A DNA stretch of 42,100 nt from Nemertoderma westbladi (lineage: Eukaryota > Animalia > Xenacoelomorpha): positions 1 to 42,100 of the forward strand of contig JAUCBJ010006922.1 in NCBI GenBank assembly GCA_032718475.1, written 5' to 3'. This document shows positions 34,801 to 42,100 of the stretch, in pieces (the stretch's first letter is position 1; every line of letters begins with the position of its first letter). The position numbers and the translations under genes are program-made. Below the pieces are notes generated by a model. It saw only the letters and a list, made by a program, of their open reading frames with translations, did not search any database and was not told the DNA's origin.

Positions 34801-36287
34801 GTGGATACGAGTATCCATCTGCCATAAATCAGCAGTTACTCTCACAGTTTTGAGACTTTGCATAGTTATAAAGGTCGTTAGTCTCCGTTTAGGAAAATTA
34901 TTTTAAGATAAAACAGGACGAGCGCAACGAGGCTAATGAAGGAGAAGAGTATTGTAAAACTAAAAATGTCATACTTAGCTTAAATAACCCTAGTTAGAAG
35001 TTTATAAATGACAGTTAAAGTGTCTAAGGGCAAACTGAAATGGATCTCTGTTTTTACAACTATTTTATCACAAACTGATAGCATCGCCTTCACTCATATA
35101 TATTTTGGGAAAGACGGTTTTCGTATATCTAATAGAGATTAGTATAATGTACTTTCTAATATAGGCTCTCCTGCTGCGCGAAGGCACCACAAACGTGCAT
35201 CACTTGTATACAGCCACATCAAATTTTTGGTTTCATTTTCCCACCAGTAGTAATGTATTTCGTTGGAAATTACGTTCATGGGCGCATATAAAGTAGGCCT
35301 ACTGTAGGATATTTTATCAGAGAAGATTATTCGTATAAGTGAAATAAACAAATTTGTAAACCACTGCCGCATTTATATTTCGCATTAATTATATTTGTCA
35401 ATAAAATAATTGCTTTTTCCAGTAAATTATTACATTGATTTTTCACTAAATTTTTTCTCACTAAAATATATACATATCATTATCACTCAAATGTATTTTT
35501 GTATCATAAAAATTAAAACTGTAACCTAGTGAATCTCGTTTATTGTTTTGGTTAGAATAATGTGCCACTGTATCCTGCTCTTTCGCTTATTTGGTTATAA
35601 TCTATAGATTTTAGTGATAAGTGGAAACAAATATTTTAGTGATTTTCGTGTGAAAATTTAGTGAACAAAGAATATTAAATGACTGTCTATATTATTTTTT
35701 TATAGCAATTGTAATGGGTACAATAGTATATTATACTGGTAAATAGTAGAATGATCTAGAATGACCTAGAATCGCCTAGATAATGATCCAGTTCCTAACA
35801 AGTGAGTGATCATATTTAAAACGATTTTCCTAATTTTTTGACCATGAAAATAAATAATAAAATAAATTGTCGACCCTAGGGGCGAGTGGTCTATCACCAA
35901 CAAAAAATCATGATCTACAAATCATTATTAAAATTATGTTTTATATCCTATAACGATATTCATTATATTCAAATGGTCATTTGGTTAAATAAATAGGAAT
36001 ATCGTTTTAATTTTGATCACTCACTCACTCAGTCATTGCCTACACGGTTTTATATCTAGGATGGATTCGTTACAGAAAGTAACCTGACGGTTCCTAACAT
36101 TACTGAAATCAAATTAATAGAATATGTACTTACTGTACTTATAGAATTAGCACGGTATGGCTATGCATTATTGTTATAGTTGAGTAGGCCTATAGGTCGA
36201 TACACCTCTGTATTATCTCATATTTTGCTCGCTATAGTTAAATATTTATCTTATTATAACTCAGTATAGGTCGGTATTATCTCGTTA

Positions 36288-37780
36288 CAGGTCGGTATTG
36301 TTCTTTATTAAGTCCCTACTGTATAGCTCATTCTATGTGATTCTTCTTGTTATAGCACGTTATAGGTCGGTATTGTTCTTTATTAAGTCCCTACTGTATA
36401 GCTCATTCTATGTGATTCTTCTTGTTATAGCACGTTATAGGTCGGTATTGTTCTTTATTAAGTCCCTACTGTATAGCTCATTCTATGTGATTCTTCTTGT
36501 TATAGCACGTTATAGGTCGGTATTGTTCTTTATTAAGTCCCTACTGTATAGCTCATTCTATGTGATTCTTCTTGTTATAGCACGTTATAGGTCGGTATTG
36601 TTCATTATTAAGTCCCTATAGCTCATTCAATGTGATTCTTCTTGTTATAGCTCGTTATAGGTCGGTATTGTTCTTTATTAAGTCCCTACTGTATAGCTCA
36701 TTCTATGTGATTCTTCTTGTTATAGCACGTTATAGGTCGGTATTGTTCATTATTAAGTCCCTATAGCTCATTCAATGTGATTCTTCTAGTTATAGCTCGT
36801 TATAGTTCGGTATTGTTCTTTATTAAGTTCCTATAGCTCATTCAATGTGATTCTTCTAGTTATAGCTCGTTATAGTTCGGTATTGTTCTTTATTAAGTTC
36901 CTATAGCTCATTCAATGTGATTCTTCTTGTTATAGCACGTTATAGGTCGGTATTGTTCTTTATTAAGTCCCTATAGCTCATTCAATGTGATTCTTCTAGT
37001 TATAGCTCGTTATAGTTCGGTATTGTTCTTTATTAAGTTCCTATAGCTCATTCAATGTGATTCTTCTTGTTATAGCACGTTATAGGTCGGTATTGTTCTT
37101 TATTAAGTCCCTATAGCTCATTCAATGTGGTTATTCTTGTTATAGCTCGTTATAGTTCGGTATTGTTCTTTATTAAGTTCCTATAGCTCATTCAATGTGA
37201 TTCTTCTTGTTATAGCACGTTATAGGTCGGTATTGTTCTTTATTAAGTCCCTACTGTATAGCTCATTCAATGTGATTCTTCTTGTTATAGCACGTTATAG
37301 GTCGGTATTGTTCTTTATTAAGTCCCTATAGCTCATTCAATGTGATTCTTCTAGTTATAGCTCGTTATAGTTCGGTATTGTTCTTTATTAAGTTCCTATA
37401 GCTCATTCAATGTGATTCTTCTTGTTATAGCACGTTATAGGTCGGTATTGTTCTTTATTAAGTCCCTACTGTATAGCTCATTCTATGTGATTCTTCTTGT
37501 TATAGCACGTTATAGATCGGTATTGTTCTTTATTAAGTCCCTACTGTATAGCTCATTCTATGTGATTCTTCTTGTTATAGCACGTTATAGGTCGGTATTG
37601 TTCTTTATTAAGTCCCTACTGTATAGCTCATTCTATGTGATTCTTCTTGTTATAGCACGTTATAGGTCGGTATTGTTCTTTATTAAGTCCCTACTGTATA
37701 GCTCATTCTATGTGATTCTTCTTGTTATAGCGCGGTATAGGTCGGTATTGCTTTTTATCATCTCCTCATAGCTCATTCTA
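36288..37780. repeat. Minisatellite, 75-bp and 70-bp units, ~20 copies
   Basis: Unit gtcggtattgttctttattaagtcccta[ctgta]tagctcattc(t/a)atgtgattcttcttgttatagcacgttatag. The 75-bp units cluster at the ends and the 70-bp units in the middle. Confidence 0.97.
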
Positions 37781-39060
37781 GGTGATTCTTAGGTCATTCT
37801 AGGTCATTCTAGATCATTCTAGCTCATTCTACTTTTTAGCATGTGTACCTTAATGGTAAGATTAATTGAGCAGTGGTCCTAAGTTATTAACTGTAATTAA
37901 ATTATTGATGGATATTTCAATATTGTATTGTTTAGTGGGGCGAGGTACCGTAGTATTGGCAGATTCAATACGAGAATGGGATGATTATAAGGAAGACGTC
38001 ATCATAAATTACCGAGCTAACGCATCTAAGATTTTACCAAGCCTTCCTAAAGGAGCTGACAAGAGAAACACACAAACAAACAAATGTGATTCCTTGTTAT
38101 ACCATATATTGGTAGACAATGGTAGGTCAATACATTTAGTAGATACAGTATATTCTGTATATTGAAAACTACGTATATACTGTAGGCCTATTCGTATTAT
38201 TTTATAACGAAATTGCAACTTTATATTAGGAGCGCATGCTGAGTAGTTTACTTTTTTTTTTATATATAAATTGTTATTCTATGTTTTAGTGTACCGGTAA
38301 TTTTAAGGGCGATGTTCCATGGGGTTGGGGATGGGTGGGGGGTGATTTGAGATGCGCAGTTAAACAGTTGGCCCGGCTATTGTTCTTCTTCGCCATAATA
38401 AACTAATTCATCAGTTGTTGCATCATGCAACATGTATTACATCCAGAATCTTTGAAATGGTCCAAAATTGCTTTGTTAACCTAGATAAACATTATTATCT
38501 TTGAACACCATTTGGCTTATATGGTTGGTACTCTTATTTTAATAAAGAAACTCCAATTTAATTTAAAAAACGGCAACTTAAACAATTTAACAATTTTAAT
38601 ATTCGTGTGCTATTGCCTTTTAATATGGATTGATATTATAATTTGTGCAATAATTTAATTAATTTTCACCTGAAGTCCTGAACTAAATAAATAAATAAAA
38701 AAATAATAAATAAAATAATAGGCCTGCTACTATTTTTGCCCGATGACAACCCAACATGCCATTAGACATTCTGCCTGTTATTATTATTAACGCTCAAATA
38801 TAATAAAATATAATAATTTGACGAGGAAAACAAGTAGTGCGTTTAGAGTTAATTTATTAAAGTCGCTTGGTTTATCAGAGCTCAGAATCTCCTTCACGTA
38901 TGAGTGTGAGGACCGGATACGGCATGTTATTTGTTGTCGTGTAGGTGTAGCAACCCACAACCGGCTGTCCTGCAGAAAGAACAAACATTGGTTTTTCTTA
39001 CTAAAAAATTGGCAATACTAGGCCTACTCTCGTAACAAGTTCCATTCAAGGGATATACTG

Positions 39061-40344
39061 GGATCTAGGACACTCCCCCCCCCCCCCCCCCCCCGGACAC
39101 TTCCCCTGCGGACACTTCCCCCCCGCCCAAGTAGGACACTTCCCCCCCGGACACTTCCCCCCGGACACTTCCCCCCCGGACACTTGCCCCCCGGACACTT
39201 CCCCCCCAGTTAAACTGTTAAAATTAATCTGGGTGCATCAAAGCAATAAACAAAAGTTAAAGATGGTTACAGGACAAGTTGTATCTAGACAAGTTTTTTC
39301 AAAATTATAAAAGAAACATTTTTATAGTCAAATTCTGTTTGTTTTTCTTTTAATTCCTTTAATTCTTTTAATTTCTTTTAATTGGGGGCTGCCACCCCCA
39401 AACCCCCGCTTCTTTTGTTGGGGGCTACCGCCCCCAAACGCCCGCTTCTTTTCTTGGGGGCTGCCGCCCCCAAACCCCCGCTTCTTTTCTTGGGGGCTGC
39501 CGCCCCCAAACCCCCGCTTCTTTTCTTGGAGGTTATCGCCCCCAGACCCCGGCATTTCCCTGAGTGCCCGTGGTGAAAGACTTAAGACCATTTTGAAATA
39601 ATTAATTCATGTTTGTATCATCAGATAATAAATTGACTAAGCCTAAAGTAGGAGCTGTATTGAATGTTAACCAATTTAATATATAAATTACTACAATATT
39701 ATATAATTCAACAAAATCCTATTAAAAATATTGCAAGTAACCATGAAATTTAATATGTAGTGTGTATAATATCTATATAGTATGTATAGTAGTAATATAT
39801 ATATCAATATGTAATGCTGAACACAGAATACAGGTCGACGCATGTCGATTTTACCCTGGAGAGGTATAATTTTGATTGCAACAATAATATTCATCCCCAT
39901 CTGCTACAATTTGAAGAAGACTATTACATAATAATACCTATAATTAAAACAATTAATTATTATAATTCTATAGTTAATAAAAACAGTATATCATTCCGGG
40001 GATGGAATTTATAGATGGATTTTATATATAATTAATTGTTTAAAGATTAGCAAACAATACGATGTAATTGCATTGATAAAACCCATAAATAAAACTTGGA
40101 TATAAAATGTAAAATCGGGATGCAAAAGATCACTTTCTGAGCTACGAAAGGAAAATTGGATACAACTTATCTGGATACAAGCGATCCGTTTACCTTACAA
40201 AATGAAAAATACGAATGTGCGAAGTTAAGAACAGTCGGGGGGGAAGTGTCCGCGTGGGGGAAGTGTCCGGGGGGGAAGTGTCCGGGGGGGAAGTGTCCTA
40301 CTTGAGCGGGGGGGAACTGTCCGGGGGGGAAGTGTCCGAACACC
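39061..40344. mobile_element. Non-autonomous TIR DNA transposon (1284 bp) with GGACACTTCCCCCC subterminal arrays and an 8-bp TSD (Mutator/foldback-like)
   Basis: Ends GGATCTAGGACACT / AGTGTCCGAACACC. Arrays at 39068-39208 and, inverted, at 40237-40338. TSD ATATACTG at 39053-39060 and 40345-40352. Confidence 0.85.
39382..39555. repeat. 36-bp tandem repeat (~4.5 copies) with an internal GC hairpin
   Basis: Unit ttgggggctgccgcccccaaacccccgcttcttttc. Confidence 0.9.
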
Positions 40345-42100
40345 ATATACTGTACTAACTTATTGCAGAGGATTCCAAATCTTAGACAGTTTGTAAGGGC
40401 CACTAACCTTTCCTAACCTTTAAATCTTGAGATGAGCTTTAGACCAATAAGCCAAGGTCGCCCAGATAGCCAGATGTATGAGGATCAACCCCAACACAAC
40501 AATGAATAATACAGTACAAGTTCATAGTGGAAATACATAGGGGTCGATAAAACTAATTGAGTACCGGTCGGTACCTTCTTATTAAAGTTGGGACTCTTAA
40601 GTCCCAACTTATCAACTATTAACTAACAACTGACTACTTATCTTCTCTGCAGTAATGTACTGTATAGGCATACAGCATGTTCTGAGGTATAGTAAACTAC
40701 GCTATACTACAGTATTAGTTGAGGACAACCTTTTGCTCTCGCAATCTTATTTACAATTATTGAAAGAAAGACAATAATTTTTCGCCGGCCTTCTGAAGGA
40801 CACGGGACTGGAGTAGGCCTACATCGGCGATGTTGGACAATACACTAATACAGTATATGGCTGTGACAGACACATGACAGTGATTTCGTGTGGCCTTGGC
40901 CTTGCTGATGGTTCTATGTGTGTCGGCATCCCATCATATTGCGGTTGATCATTTCATGTTTAAATTTCAATCGATTTATTTTACTTTTTCACGATCTACA
41001 GTGCAGTGTAATTAATTAGTCTTCTGCACTGAGACCAAATTGACTGTTATCAAGGCTGATAGGGAGTTTCGACGGAATCAACATTGGGAAAATCGACGCT
41101 TATTACTCTGAAAAATATACTGTAACTCTATTCTACTGTATTTACTGTTTAAAAATAAATCTGACACTGCAAGCCGCTCCCATTGCATTCACAAGTTCAT
41201 TGTGACTGTTTGCTAGCAAAATGAAAAGGTCTATTAATATTAATTTACTGATCATTTTCAGGAGTGGTATACATGTGCACTTGTAAAGCAGCAGTTGGCT
41301 ACAATACGCCATATAAATTCCTTGATTGGGTCTGCACTCGGTTTACTGGATGCAGCTTATACGTGCGTTCTCCAACAGCAAGAAATATGGAGTTCCAGAG
41401 AGAATTCAATCCAGTAATTATAGATCTTATAGAACAGGTAGGCCTATCATGTGTGTCTACAACACAATGCAATTACATTTTCGGTTTAAATTGAAGTTGA
41501 AGTTTTTTATTAACATCGTACATAACAATAACATAAACAGTATATTAATAACGGTATATGGAAATTATATGTTTTAAAAATAATGCAACCAACATAATAT
41601 TGAATTATAGTACAGTACAATGTTAGGGATAGCCCCATGAGGTTATACCTCGTTTCCATGGAGGTCCCTTTAAATTAAACTGAATTAAACAGAAATTACG
41701 TGCAATAATTGTTTAACATGCAACTAAATAAAACATGATAGACCGTAGTACAGTACCTACGTAATTAAAAAAATATAACAGCAATTCGAAATATGGAAAA
41801 TACTAGAAAATTACGTTATAGATATAGCAATATTTATGATGTTCCGACTGACACAAAGAAATAAATAGTGAAGACATAGTATGTAATTTAAAAAAATAAA
41901 AAATAAAGTTCTGGTGCAGATAGAAATATAACAGAACAAATAAATAAAATATGGTAGACCGTAGTTCAGTTAGAAATTTAAAAATATAACAGAAAGAATT
42001 TAAAAATAAAGCAGCAAATATGTCATAAAATCGAGATATGTAAAAGATAAACAAAGCAATAAATATAGCAATAGTTATGAAGTACAGAGATACACACACA

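Noticed and set aside
36298-37771. Repetitive hydrophobic ORFs (FFIKSLLYSSFYVILLVIARYRSVL)n
   Set aside because: Artefact of the 75-bp unit; the frame is broken by the 70-bp units.
39328-40403. Gly/Pro-rich ORFs (KKRGFGGGSPQE; GHFPP repeats)
   Set aside because: Translations of the MITE's tandem and subterminal repeats.
40585-40610. Hairpin aagttgggact-ctta-agtcccaactt as a terminator
   Set aside because: Eukaryotic context with no associated gene; at most a remnant of a small palindromic repeat.
41803-42099. 98-aa hydrophobic ORF
   Set aside because: Low-complexity F/I/L/Y composition expected from T-rich non-coding DNA; no motif.

Overview
AT-rich, repeat-dense eukaryotic genomic DNA, probably from an invertebrate. 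It is not prokaryotic and has no CRISPR array or operons. (1) A full-length but inactivated Ty3/Gypsy LTR retrotransposon (1720-6214, +) with 159-bp LTRs, a GAAC target-site duplication (TSD), a tRNA-Trp-like PBS and a -1 frameshift signal. It is nested in a TIR element rich in TTCTAGAA motifs. (2) Two 5'-truncated RTE-clade LINE copies. (3) One convincing host gene: a single-coding-exon, GPI-anchored Ly6/uPAR-like protein (11173-11907, -). (4) A 12.5-kb BEL/Pao element (19578-32074, -) with ~1.17-kb LTRs and a CAAGA TSD. It has lost RT, most of RNase H and integrase, carries extra 3' ORFs and has no tRNA PBS. It is inserted in antisense orientation into a solo LTR of a sister family (19470-33077, GTGTT TSD). 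(5) A tRNA-headed SINE-like element carrying a minimal type I hammerhead ribozyme, flanked by a perfect 126-bp inverted repeat (34043-34477), an arrangement reminiscent of Penelope-like elements. (6) Several MITEs and Helitron fragments, two large minisatellites and a short 36-bp tandem repeat. All calls were made by eye; no database searches or alignments were run.
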